In this document: positions 12,501 through 23,478 of the stretch, piece by piece
Numbering within the stretch: position 1 is the stretch's first letter
Layout: every line of letters starts with the position of its first letter
Assembly: GCA_013239625.1 (NCBI GenBank)
Contig: MU053758.1
Coordinates: forward strand, 1,364,001 to 1,428,000
Length of the DNA: 64,000 bases
Direction of reading: 5' to 3'
Source: Lama guanicoe
Lineage: Eukaryota
Program-made: the position numbers and the translations under genes
Notes under the pieces: model-generated
Told to the model about the DNA's origin: nothing
The model's database searches: none
The model's input: only the letters and a program-made list of their open reading frames with translations

Positions 12501-14023
12501 TAGACTGTGCCTTGGATAATATGCTCTGAAAGCTCTTGTAATCAGTCTATTGTCTGGATGCCATAGCCATGGACCTAATGCATCAGAACCTTGCCTTCCG
12601 GTCCAGTGCTGTGGGGCTTTTCTGACAAGCTGCTCCTGCTACTTCAGTAATTAAGGTCTTTTGATTAGTGGCCAAAATGCACACCTCCCACATCAAATAG
12701 CAGGTTGTGAGGTTAGGGCACAGTGCCACTGTATTTTTTTGGTCACGATTCAAAAAAACTGATACTGTTCTCACCTCTTCTGTTGTTTCTCTGATGCTAA
12801 CATACCAATGAGAACCTTTGCCCAGCATCCTTTTGGGGTGGTCAAGGGTAGACTAGGGTTGACAGGGACATTAAAAGCTCCTCACACTATTCTCATCTGA
12901 GGTCTTTCCCTTGGTTTGGTGCACACTTGGGTCACTTATAGGTGGATGGCTCATTTTTTTCACTTGTCGAAGCAGTGAGGTGTAGTTACCAAGTTAATAG
13001 TGCAAGCACAGGAGTGGAGGTACCACAGTTGTTCAGGCTGGCGCGCAGCAGGCATCAGGCAGGTAAGCAGGTTCCTCTCCAGTGGGAGGAACTCATGGCC
13101 TCATTTCAACAACTGCAGCAAGCTGAAGTCCCTGCCTGTTGTGATCCTTTTCTTTTGAAGCCAGCAACATCCCTCCTCACCAAAGGCTTTGTGAAATTTG
13201 TCACCATATGACTTTCTCAGTCCAGTTCATGGTAATAACCAAAATGTGTGGCTAAACACCCAGGCAGCAGTGTATAAGGTTGCAAGCATTAGTTCCAAAT
13301 ATAGAGCAGTTGACATCTCCAGTGAGGAAAGAACGTTGAGTGAATTCATTACATGAGCCACTTAAACGGACTGAGCCCAAGAGCTTAAAGGCACATTCCT
13401 CAAATATGTGCATACCACAAAACTGTCACTTAGTGTTGGGAAATCAGGCTGGAGAACATTCTTGAGCCAAAGAATCTAAACAAGGAAGAAATGCTCTCCA
13501 AGTATGCATTGGCCAAGTATTACTTTGTTCTCAAGTCACCTTTGGTGGTGAGCCTCATGATTTAGAGCATGACATCAGGGGTCACAGGTTTGATCCTGGC
13601 GCACTTAGCTTCATAAGGCAAAGACTGAAAATGTGTGGCACTGGTTACAAAGGGGAGCAGGCCAAGGGGGCACAGCCTGTCTTCGTTACTAAAAATAATT
13701 AAATGCGTAAACTAGAGTATGAGAACATAGCTGGAAGCATATGCCCCAGACTTACCTGTTACCCATAATTGTCTGTAGGAGGTGGGTTTATAAAAAGGGA
13801 TAGTCACTTTCTGTGGGTTTTTTTTTTCCTTCAAAATTTGGAAAATGGATATGTATTACATTTGTGAACAGAATTAAAATTTTAAGTGGTAGGGGTTAGT
13901 GATACAGCATTCTTAGATGAATAGCAGATTGTTACAATGAAGTTGGTAGAGAAAAGCTTATAGACTGTGTAAGTATTTTCTACTATACACAAAAAAAATG
14001 CACTTGGATCTACTAGATGTAGA

Positions 14024-14211
14024 ACAGGGTGGTTGAGTAGAACTTTCTTTGGTGATGGAGAAAATCTTTATCTCTGGTGCCCAGGACAGTAGCCACTAGC
14101 CATGTGTGGCTGGTGAGCGCTTGAAATGTGGCTAGTGCAACTGAGGAACTTAATTTTAATTTAAACTTAAATAGCTGCATATGGCTAGTGGCTACTGTAT
14201 TTAGACACGCA
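14024..14211. mobile_element. hAT-Charlie MITE (MER3-like)
   Basis: tagaactttc...gtagccactagccatgtgtggct...aatgtggctagtgcaactgaggaact. Confidence 0.75.
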
Positions 14212-14324
14212 GATGTAGAATCTTCCATTTATAGGGAAAAAGAGTGTCAGCAGAAGCAGGGAGAAAAGACCAGATTTGGTAGTTCGAAGATCTTATGTAA
14301 GTCATGTACTGTTGTGTTGTCTTA

Positions 14325-14443
14325 TGAGGGGTAGGTAATTAGGTTTCTTCATTGATTTCCACTTGGAGGAGGTACTGGGAATTGAACCCCTGACCTCTTG
14401 AGTGCTGAGCATGCGCTCTACAACTTGAGCTATACCCTTCCCC
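14325..14443 (-). mobile_element. tRNA-Ala-derived SINE
   Basis: Reverse SINE head; TSD tactgtt(g/a)tgttgtct on both sides. Confidence 0.88.
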
Positions 14444-14844
14444 TACTGTTATGTTGTCTATCCAGTAGAGAGTGTTCATGTACTCTTTTATTTGTATAAG
14501 AATGAAGTGAGAGGAGGAACCTCTTTGCACTTGTAAAGGCCAAAGCATTAACTTCATCATACCACACCCCTCCACATATGCCTGACTTTCAAGTGCTCCA
14601 CTGATAGACAAGGAGCTGACCTTTTGGAAAAGCAGCAATCATCTCATCCATCCTTATCTATCTCAAGCATTTTAAATGTTTTGTACTTTTTCTCATACCT
14701 TTTTCTCCATCTCTTCTCCATTATCTTGTATTCTGTGTTGTCTGGAGATTACTCCCATTAAACCATCAGCCATTCAGTACACTGTTTTCTTCTTAATTTC
14801 TTTAGAAGTTGTCTAACTAATAAGCATTAAGAAGAGTATATCCA

Positions 14845-14933
14845 GTCTGTGGCCATACCACCCTGAATGGGCCCGATCTTATCTGATCCCGGAAGCTAAG
14901 CAGGGGCGGGCCTGATTAGTACTTGGTTGGGAG
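14845..14933 (+). pseudogene. 5S rRNA retropseudogene, 3'-truncated (nt ~1-89), no poly-A tail
   Basis: gtctgtggccataccaccctgaa...ttagtacttggttgggag matches mammalian 5S rRNA; direct repeat gagtatatcca at 14834-14844 and 14931-14941. Confidence 0.92.
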
Positions 14934-15868
14934 TATATCCATAAGATTAATATATATATAAAAGAAGGTAGATAATCAGTCGCCTAATAGAGTGGATTAA
15001 AATTGCAGCATAATGTAATATACCTGCACAGTTTGTCAAATTTATGATAAAGGTTGGTTGAGGATGAGAGGAGGCAGATGTGTCAGAGGACTATACTGGT
15101 ATGATCAGCCAAACCATGGCAAGATTTAATTTCTTTTTCTTCCTGGTTGTCATTTTAATTGGTGTATAGTATGTCTGCTGTCAGCTGCTGGCAACTTCCT
15201 AAGAAGGCACAGATTATGATACTAAGCTATGTTATGTTCGTTCTTTATTGCCAATTCCATCCCAGTGTTGGAACCAGAAGCTCAGTAGTGAAAGTTACCA
15301 CTGCCAGATACCAGCAATGAAATCGCAGAAGCAGAGTTCTTTACAAATGGCAGTAAAAACCCAGTCGTCTTTCCTTCCTGACACTGCCACCTCTCACAAA
15401 CTTTGCCATCAGTTGTACTATTACAACAACCAATCCTCTGATTCGGTTTCCTCAGGAAAGCGGTTTAGTCAAAATGTTTCATTAACATCAAGGTCGCCTG
15501 TCTCACTCTTGGATTTGAAACCAAACACCTTGACCACTTTGCTGGTACTAGGGTTAATAGAAGGTATGGTCATCTTGGGTGGGTATTTTGCATTACCACA
15601 AAAGATAAGCGAGCTTTATTAAAACATCATCAACAACAATTCTGAGATCCTAAAACAAGTATCTAGTAAGAGGAAACTCAGTTCTCGGCACCTAATTTAT
15701 TATTTAGACAAAAATGCTGCTGTAAGTATAGATTCAACATTATAAATGTATCAATAAAAGCTTGTTTTTATTTCCTTGCTGAGAAAAAAAAGTACTAATC
15801 CTACAAATGTGGCTCCAAGTCCAGGACTCATTTGGATAGGGTTGAAATATTCAATTTAAACCTGTAAT

Positions 15869-15985
15869 GGGGGAAGGGTGTATACCTCAGTGGTAGAGCA
15901 CATGCTTAGCATGCACAAGGTCCTGGATTCAATCCCAAGTACCTCCATTAAATTGTTTTTTAAAAGTGCAAAATAAAATATAAAA
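15869..15985 (+). mobile_element. tRNA-Ala-derived SINE
   Basis: ctcagtggtagagcacatgcttagcatgcacaaggtcctggattcaatccc. Confidence 0.87.
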
Positions 15986-16409
15986 TTCTCTATAAAGGAA
16001 ATATCAACACATTCATCTTTCTTTCTAACCTTCTGATTTCCACTAAAAATTTTAACCAAAGGCTTTTAGGGAAAAGGAAACCATTAAATATCTTAAATAT
16101 CTTCAAAGCTATTGCCTGGGTCTAGTCTGACTGTATGATCTTCTAGTTCTGGAGACATGACAATTAGCTAGCTGGAGGAACAGATTTCTGCAGACTGGCA
16201 AGCTTGGGTTTGACTACTAGAACTGAGAGTTATTTGCTGTAAAACTACTTTACCTAACTTTTCTGAGCCTGTTTCCTCATCTATAAAATAAGTATATTAC
16301 CTATGATAGGCAGCTATTTGGAATACAGTAAGTTAAAACATCTGACACGGAAAAGGCTGAATTAAGACCTTGAGGAACCCAAAGCATCAGAACTATGGTG
16401 CTCAAGTTA

Positions 16410-16864
16410 AAATATTAGTAAAAAACAGAATACACTCAAACTGGGTAATCTGAGAAAAGTTTTAATGGAGGGACTATTTACAAAGACATGGGCAGAGTTC
16501 AGAGAAACCAACAGGGAATAATGAATTATCCAGAGCTAGTAAAGGGATAGTCTTTTCTATCCCTAGATCTGAAGGGGCAAAGAGAAGCAGCTAGAAGCTA
16601 GAGTGGGCTGCTTGATAGGAGTTGCAGTCTTTGGTAGAGGGACACAACCTAGTGACACGGCAATTTAGAAGCCAGGGGAAAAATACCCTGACCATCTGTC
16701 CCTCAGCCTTTTGATCTTCCGAGGGTGTTACTGATTGGATCAACACAACCTGAAGTCAGAAGGCAAAGGAGCCTGTTGATGCAGTCCATGTGGGACAGCA
16801 CCTCCCGGGGTGCAGAGCAGGATGGAGAGCAGTTCTGAAGGGGAAATGGAAGATATCCAGCACG
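16410..16864. mobile_element. Old ERVL-class solo LTR (subfamily uncertain)
   Basis: agggactatttacaaag...gaagtcagaaggcaaaggagcc...tggaagatatccagcac. Confidence 0.45.
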
Positions 16865-17356
16865 ACCTCTTCCCTGACATAATTCAAACTGCAAAACTGT
16901 TATATACAAAACTTACATGTATGCCGAAACTAAAATAACTTCTTTCCAGAATTTGATTGTAAGATTCTGTGAGTTCTTTAATTAAGAAAGAATTTCTTTC
17001 AGTCTCTTTGGTGCCCCTGCTTTGCTGGTGCCTTAAGCACATGCTTCGAGAGCCTACAGGGCAGCCCTGAGCATGGCACCTGGACAGGCAAGCCTCCGTA
17101 AGTGGGAAGCTCACTGGTAGGCTCAAGTGAATTCCTAATGCTGACTCTGAGGAGCTGTAAGAGGCTTTTGAGAATCCAGAACTAATTTAGAAGGAAACTT
17201 AGGATTTTTCTAGTTAGGTGCTTAGTCATTAGGTATTCAGGAACTGGATTTTCTTAGACTCAGAAAATCCTATGGTAGTAAAACTCCTTATAATACTACT
17301 GAATGGTGGGGAAAGGTTTTAGTTGCTTATCAGAGAGAATAAAAGAAATCAGGACA

Positions 17357-18707
17357 TCAGTTTCACATTGACATTTTTATTAACGCCAACTGTTTTTTAA
17401 TTATTATTTTTTAAAACAATAGCACAAAAATGTTTCAAGGAAGCAGTCTCACAATCTGATGACCTTCTGAAATACAGTTAAGCCACACCAAATATGAATT
17501 CCTGTTAATAACACACAAAAATATTTTTTTTAAAGAAAAGGAAAAAGAAAAAAAAGGAAAGGAATGAGATTTAAGAGTTAAAACTCACTGGATTAGGTAG
17601 GTGAAGCTTGTTAGTAGGATACACTGTGGAAGCAGAGTGGCACACACAGGTTTTGAGTCTGTTGTTTTTTAACCAGTTACCACTAATATATAGGCCCTGC
17701 AGCAGTTACCACTGACTTCTTACATGCCCAGAATGAGCCAGGAGGAGCCAGTGTTGATACTGTCACAAAGAGGTTCAACAGTTGGCCTGTCAGACAACCA
17801 AGACCATTTTCAGCAGAGTAACTCCTTCAGAAAGGCCTGGCTGAAAACATTTAATTTCTATTATCTCACCTACATGCATTTCAGGGTTCTTAAAAGTCAT
17901 CTTAAAAAAGAAAAAAAAATAATGTATATCAGTTTCTCTTATTTAATGTGGCTATAAAAGATGTTTCCTTATTATTTCTTTATCTCTAAGAAGGACACCG
18001 GGGTGGATGTTGGGGATGGAACTAAGGGGAGGGAAAAACCCAGACCAGGATAGGGTGTTTTTTTAAAACTTTTTTTTTTTTTTTTTTGCCAAGGGGTCAC
18101 ACAGAAGGGAAGGCAAAGAGGGAAAACTACAATCCTTGGTTCAGATTGAGTTATGCAGGAAAATACATCTTCCTGATCAGTCCCCATGCCAAAAAAAAAA
18201 AACAACCCACTTGGGATTATGCACAGACTCTATGTTATACCAGCTATCAGCCTTTTATGTTTAACCATTCCCAGCAACGTACACTGCCCTTGGCTTGTAG
18301 GCTGCTTGCAGAATCCACTTCACAAAAATCCTCTTCACCCAGAAGCCTCTAGTTTCCTTTTGGTAGGTTATAAAAACAGAATCTGTCATTAACAGGAGAG
18401 TGTTAAATACTTTGAACCACTGACAAGGCTTCAGAAAGTTTCACAGTTTCGTTATGCTCTATTTTATTACTATCATATTTACATTTTTATTTTTTACTTT
18501 AATTTTTTTGCTGAATTGCTGATTTTCCTTTTTCAATAGAATTTAATTCTGGAGTGTGAGCAGGGGCCAGTTAACTACATTCATTGTCCAACCCCTACTG
18601 GTTTGAAAGAAGACTCCAAATTCTTGGCATATGAATCAGCTGTTCGGTCGCTCCCCGTTTTCCCTGCACGAGGCAGCAGAACTGCAGCGGCGGCGCGCTC
18701 TCAGGGT
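17357..18707 (-). other. NPEPPS: NPEPPS 3' UTR (~1.35 kb; 3' end approximate)
   Basis: Stretch with no recognisable interspersed repeat, containing A/U runs, between the stop codon and the AATAAA at 17376-17381. Confidence 0.75.
17376..17381 (-). terminator. Polyadenylation signal AATAAA
   Basis: Minus strand reads ttAATAAAaatgtcaatgtgaaactga, followed by U-rich tgtcctgatttcttttattctctc. Confidence 0.75.
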
Positions 18708-18860
18708 TCATGCTGTGGGGGGTGAGGCCTTTCGCTGAAGTAGGTACTGGTGGATGCTCTCAGCATCACGCTTTAGCCAAGCAGCATTCAGCAGGATATT
18801 TTCACAACACTGCTGGATGGTACGCTCAGCTGAAGGAGCTGGGTGACTCTCGAAGAAAGC
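18708..18860 (-). CDS. NPEPPS: NPEPPS exon 23, coding part (153 nt including TGA)
   Basis: ccag|GCTTTC...; AFFESHPAPSAERTIQQCCENILLNAAWLKRDAESIHQYLLQRKASPPTA*. Confidence 0.97.
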   Translation of the reverse strand, partial: AFFESHPAPSAERTIQQCCENILLNAAWLKRDAESIHQYLLQRKASPPTA

Positions 18861-19445
18861 CTGGTATAAAACAACCCAGAATGTGGCATCATTTACTAGC
18901 AAAAGTAAGAAGTTAGTATCACAGGTCATGAAAAAATCCCCACTGGTCTGTAGAATTCATAAGCTTTACTCATGAAAATTTACCACTGCCCTTCCCAGGC
19001 TAAAAGGAAACAAGCAGGCAGCTCTTTGGACTTGCCTACAGGAATTCTCCCCCAAATACTATATGCTTAAAACCTAATCAAGAAAGTAAAAGAGAACTAA
19101 TATCAAGGACCTCCTCTGTTCCAAGGCCCCTATGTTGCTTCATCTCAATGACAATCTTATCACCTCATTTTACAGATAAGACAGGCTCACAGGGGTTAAA
19201 AAACCTGCTGGAAGCCTAGGCTTTGGAATCAATCTGGACTCCATCATGTACAGCCTGTGACTGAGTAAATTAACTGCTCTAAGTCTGTTTTCTCATCTAT
19301 GAGAAAATATTTACTACAGAAGATTAAAGAGATAACCCATTTAGTAGACAGCATAATACTTTGCACAGAGTAGTAAAGGACTCAACACATTTTGGCTGCT
19401 TCAAATAAAGACTAATTTGTAAGGGAAGATAAAACTAAGAAGCTT

Positions 19446-19542
19446 GGGTTTGGGGGAGGGTATAGCTCAGTGGTAGAGCACATGCTTAGCATGCATGCGG
19501 TCCTGGATTCAATTCCCAGTACCTCTATTAAAATAACCCACC
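19446..19542 (+). mobile_element. tRNA-Ala-derived SINE with perfect 15-bp TSD
   Basis: aaaactaagaagctt at 19431-19445 and 19543-19557. Confidence 0.92.
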
Positions 19543-21108
19543 AAAACTAAGAAGCTTAAATTGTAGCCACGCCCTAATAGTTTAATACTCCAAAGACACA
19601 TTTTTCATACAATAAAACTAGTTCAGAGTTTATTATAATTATCACAATGCTTATTGGTATTGATTAAAGGTTGAATAAACCATTTTCTAATGAAGTACAC
19701 CTGATTTCACAGAAAATGCCAACCAACAAAAGGATGGGGGTCTTTCCTTTGAACAAGTCATCAGAGGTATGTAAGAGAGAATGACTAATTCATCAGATTA
19801 AGCCTAGACCTTTTAGAAATCAGTAACTTTATTTACATGGAAGACAATGGCTCCTGCTTCAAGGCTCCTTATCACAGTTGGGTTCTTAGGGCCTGAGTGA
19901 GATGTAAGACTTCTTCTCATTCTGTCTCAACAAATAACACCACTACTTACATTTGAGGAACCTGGGGATTATCCTTGACTTGTCCTTCTTCCTCCCCCAG
20001 ATATGTTCACAACACAGAGAAGCCACTCAGTAAATATTGGTTGAATTAAAGATTAACAAAATCAAACCCCTGAATCTCTTTCATTACTCCATCATTTCTG
20101 CTGGAGAGTTAGCTTCCCGGCATCTTCTCTTCCCAATTTTTAATTATGTATTCTCCCCACTGCAGCCAGACAGAAAATTTCATAATATACACCAGATCAA
20201 GTCACTCCTTTATTTATAAGCCATTCGAGGGCTTCCCATTCTTAGGAAGATTTTTTAACATGTCCTACAAGACCCTCCTTGGTCTGGCCTCTATCTGCTT
20301 TACCAGCCCTAGCTTCGCCACTGCCCTCCCCTCAAAGTGATTAGATGAATTTCTCCTTCAGTGTACTTATTACCTTTACACTAAAGTAATTACTGATACA
20401 ATACAATACACAATGTAAAGTAAATGAAGACAGAGATCAGTCTTTCACTGTTTTCTCAAGATGTGAAATCTTAAAATCTTACGTCTATAACAATGGCTCA
20501 TAAAGTGAACCAAACATTATAGTTCTCAGAATTTCCAAATTCACACTTAAAAAATACTTTGCAGTTAGGTGCAGTGAAAGGCACCTTTAAGATTTTCCTC
20601 ATCAGTGTAGATTTGTCCCTCAAATGCTGAACTTTACCACTGAACTGATCATCAGTTTTTGTAAGTCACCTTGTCTCTCTGCGTATACAAAAGACCTCTG
20701 AAGGTTATTAGAAAGGGAAAAAGAACTAGTATCAAGGACCTACTATGTTACAGGCCCCCTGTTTTACTTAATCTAAATAACAATCTTCTCACCTTATTTT
20801 ATGGCTGAGGAGACAGGCACATAGGGGTTAAACTTGCTTGAAGTCACATAACTAACTAGGGGCATAGCACAGATTTATACCCATGTCAACTGACTTCAAG
20901 TTCCACATTCTTTCAACCACATTTCAGTGCTCTCAGAGATGATTCCAACTCTAAATATATTCTTCAGGCATCAAAGATAAAAGCTAACCTGTCTTTCTCC
21001 AAGCAAAAACATTACCCCAACACTCTATGATTATAGCTTGGTTAGTGTTTTTTACAGTTTGGTTAGTTACTAGATTGAAAAGTCAAAAGTAAACAGTACT
21101 TTCCTTAC

Positions 21109-21156
21109 CTTAACCTCTCCAGCCATTTTATCAACTGCAAATCCCTCAACTGACAG
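21109..21156 (-). CDS. NPEPPS: NPEPPS exon 22 (48 nt)
   Basis: tcag|CTGTCA...GTTAAG|gtaagg; LSVEGFAVDKMAGEVK. Confidence 0.95.
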
Positions 21157-21434
21157 CTGAAAAAACAATGGTTTATAAACAGTAAGTACAACTAAAAGGC
21201 TAGGAACAAACTTCCATTTACCCTAAAAACAAGTCATTCCATTCTGTCCCAACTTCAGTTTATTTCAGAGGGTGCAAGATGGGTGATGAAGGAGCCCTTT
21301 AGTAAAGCTAATAACTACTTAAGGAAACTCTTAAAAAGCAAAGACCATAATAATCTATGAGTCTAGTGAATTATGGATGGCTCTCAATAATATCCATGAT
21401 AAGCAAGCTACTGACAATAAACATCTTCACCTAC

Positions 21435-21590
21435 CTTTATTAGTCTGGATATTAAGAATCCTCCCTGGTATCGATTATAAAGTTCTTCCCAGTTGTCCTT
21501 TATAAATTTCCAAGCAGCCTTCCGTCCATGCTTGCTGCCTCCAGCCACTCCACCAATTACTGATACAGTGTCCTGTGGACGTACCTCTTC
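21435..21590 (-). CDS. NPEPPS: NPEPPS exon 21 (156 nt)
   Basis: ttag|GAAGAG...ATAAAG|gtaggt; EEVRPQDTVSVIGGVAGGSKHGRKAAWKFIKDNWEELYNRYQGGFLISRLIK. Confidence 0.96.
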
Positions 21591-22076
21591 CTAAGAAAAA
21601 GAAAATTAAAAGTCTGCTGTATCCAGAACATCTTCTGGTGCCAGGAAGGGCAAATGCTGTTGGATCTTCAAGTAATCCCACTGAAGACACTCATTCATTG
21701 CTAGGAATAACTGGCACGAGAAGCTTCCAGCAAAGAGGAGAATGTTTAATCTGAATATCAGCCAAATTGAGAATGAAGCATTGGGATGGGTACAAACAGG
21801 CTGCTCAATACATACTTGCTCTAGGGTAGAGAAAGGAAAAGACAGAAAGCAGGCACAGGGATATGTCAGCTTTTCAGTTTATTTACTTTCCCAACTATTC
21901 TGATTCTCACCATTAGAGGGAGATACAGTGGTTAGTAACAAAAGCTCATTCCAGTTTTCCAGGAAAGAGGAAGTCTTTAGGGTTAAGGCAGATCAAGAGG
22001 ATATTGAATGAAGGGACACTTGCTACAGATCAGTGGGTAACAATGCCCTTTAAAAGCAGTTATCATTGTAACTTAC

Positions 22077-22184
22077 TGAAAGTGCAAACGTGAGGACTTT
22101 TTGAATCAATTCAGGTGAAAGAGTAGCCCCAAGGACTCTTTCAATTCGGTTTTTCTCTTCCTGCATATCTGCCTGTTTGTGAAG
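22077..22184 (-). CDS. NPEPPS: NPEPPS exon 20 (108 nt)
   Basis: tatag|CTTCAC...CTTTCA|gtaagt; LHKQADMQEEKNRIERVLGATLSPELIQKVLTFALS. Confidence 0.96.
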
Positions 22185-22350
22185 CTATAGTGAAAAAATA
22201 AAGATAGAGATAGTTAACTTTCCCTGGAAGTTATGCATATCATTATATGAGCTTCTCCCCCAACAGGTGAAACTTCTGCTCTACATTCTTGTTGGCTAAG
22301 ATTGCAGGATGTAAAATTAACAAAATATTTTTCAAGATGTTTGGGCACTA

Positions 22351-22475
22351 GGGGGAGGGTATAGCTCAAGTGGTAGAGTGCATACTTAGCATGCACAAAG
22401 TTCAATCCATTATAAATAAATAATTATAAATTAAATAAATAAATAAATCTAATTATCTCCCCTCCCCCCTCAAGT
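22351..22475 (+). mobile_element. tRNA-Ala-derived SINE with internal deletions
   Basis: TSD gatgtttgggcacta at 22336-22350 and 22476-22490. Confidence 0.9.
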
Positions 22476-23298
22476 GATGTTTGGGCACTAACTTTGTCAT
22501 TGTGCCATTATGGTAAGTCACTAGATGTTAAATGCATACTACATGACTAGCTTGTCATCAGTTCGGAGCAGTTCAACATCAAGATCTAAGGGTAAACCTG
22601 TTATTACCAAATTCTTTACTCACTGATGTCTGACTAATGTTAGATGAACAAGATAATCATTACTAATACCACTGAAGGTCATCAATTCAATTTTTAATAG
22701 GGGAAAATATATAAGAAGCATTACTGAAAGTAACATTTTAAGAATGATGACAAACATGCTCTTGATATATAAAGTGAAAAAAGACAATAAAATGATTCTA
22801 CATTTAAAAAATTTAACATAAAGGGGAAAAAACCTGAAAACACATCAAAATGTTAATAATAATGGTCTCTGATCAATGGGGTTATGCATCATTACATTTC
22901 TTAACTGCAGAAGCAGCACATGATGAATGCAGAATATTAAGAAAATAGAAAAGCATAAAGAAAAAATCATTACTATATGTACATTACCAAATCAGATATA
23001 CATCATATTATACATGCTGTATTTGTGTCCTTTTATAAATTACAGGTGAGTTTTATTTTCTTTATACTTTTCTAGTCTCTAAGTCTTCCATAGTGAGTAT
23101 ATAAAATCTTTTTCATAATTAGAAACAGAATACTACACAAAAATTAGAACTACAAATGTATATGAGATACTTCTCTAAGACAACTTAATTTATAGACTCT
23201 CTTGACCTTTTTTCCCCTCTGAAGATTTAACACTGACCAGTGTCTGGAGACCCCTTCACAGCTCCCAGTTTCCTCTTCCTTTCCTTTGGACTCTTTTG

Positions 23299-23478
23299 AG
23301 CAGCAGTGTAGTAAAATAGATAGGAGGTCAGGCGACCTGGGTTCTAGTCCCAGTTTTGCCTCTAACTAGCTGTGTGATCTTGACTAAGTCCTTAACCTCT
23401 CCGGGTCTCAGTTTCCCCATCTGTAAAATGAGCGGGTTGGACAGATGATTTCTAAGCTCCTTTTTCAGCTCTAATACT
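23299..23478 (+). mobile_element. MIR3 SINE, well preserved, antisense to NPEPPS
   Basis: gacctgggttctagtccc...ctcagtttccccatctgtaaaatg...gggttggacagatgat...cagctctaa. Confidence 0.85.

Noticed and set aside
13545..13680. tRNA-like remnant, possibly an ancient tRNA-derived SINE
   Set aside because: Only a partial B-box-like ggtttgatcc is visible; it is too degraded to call.
14845..14933. Functional 5S rRNA gene
   Set aside because: It lacks the last ~30 nt and terminator, has several substitutions, and is a single copy with a TSD.
15248..15622. 124-aa plus-strand ORF as a processed pseudogene
   Set aside because: Non-ATG start, no recognisable protein, and no poly-A tail or TSD.
1..17300. 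Promoter or exons of the next gene (KPNB1 in human synteny)
   Set aside because: No CpG island or importin-beta coding sequence is visible; it would lie beyond base 1.
18690..18710. Stop-codon readthrough or selenocysteine recoding at the NPEPPS TGA
   Set aside because: The context is TGA-ACC, not the TGA-CTAG readthrough motif, and I saw no SECIS-like element.
19451..19526. Possible tRNA-Ala gene
   Set aside because: It has an A-rich tail and a perfect TSD and is one of 12 similar copies, so it is a SINE rather than a tRNA gene.
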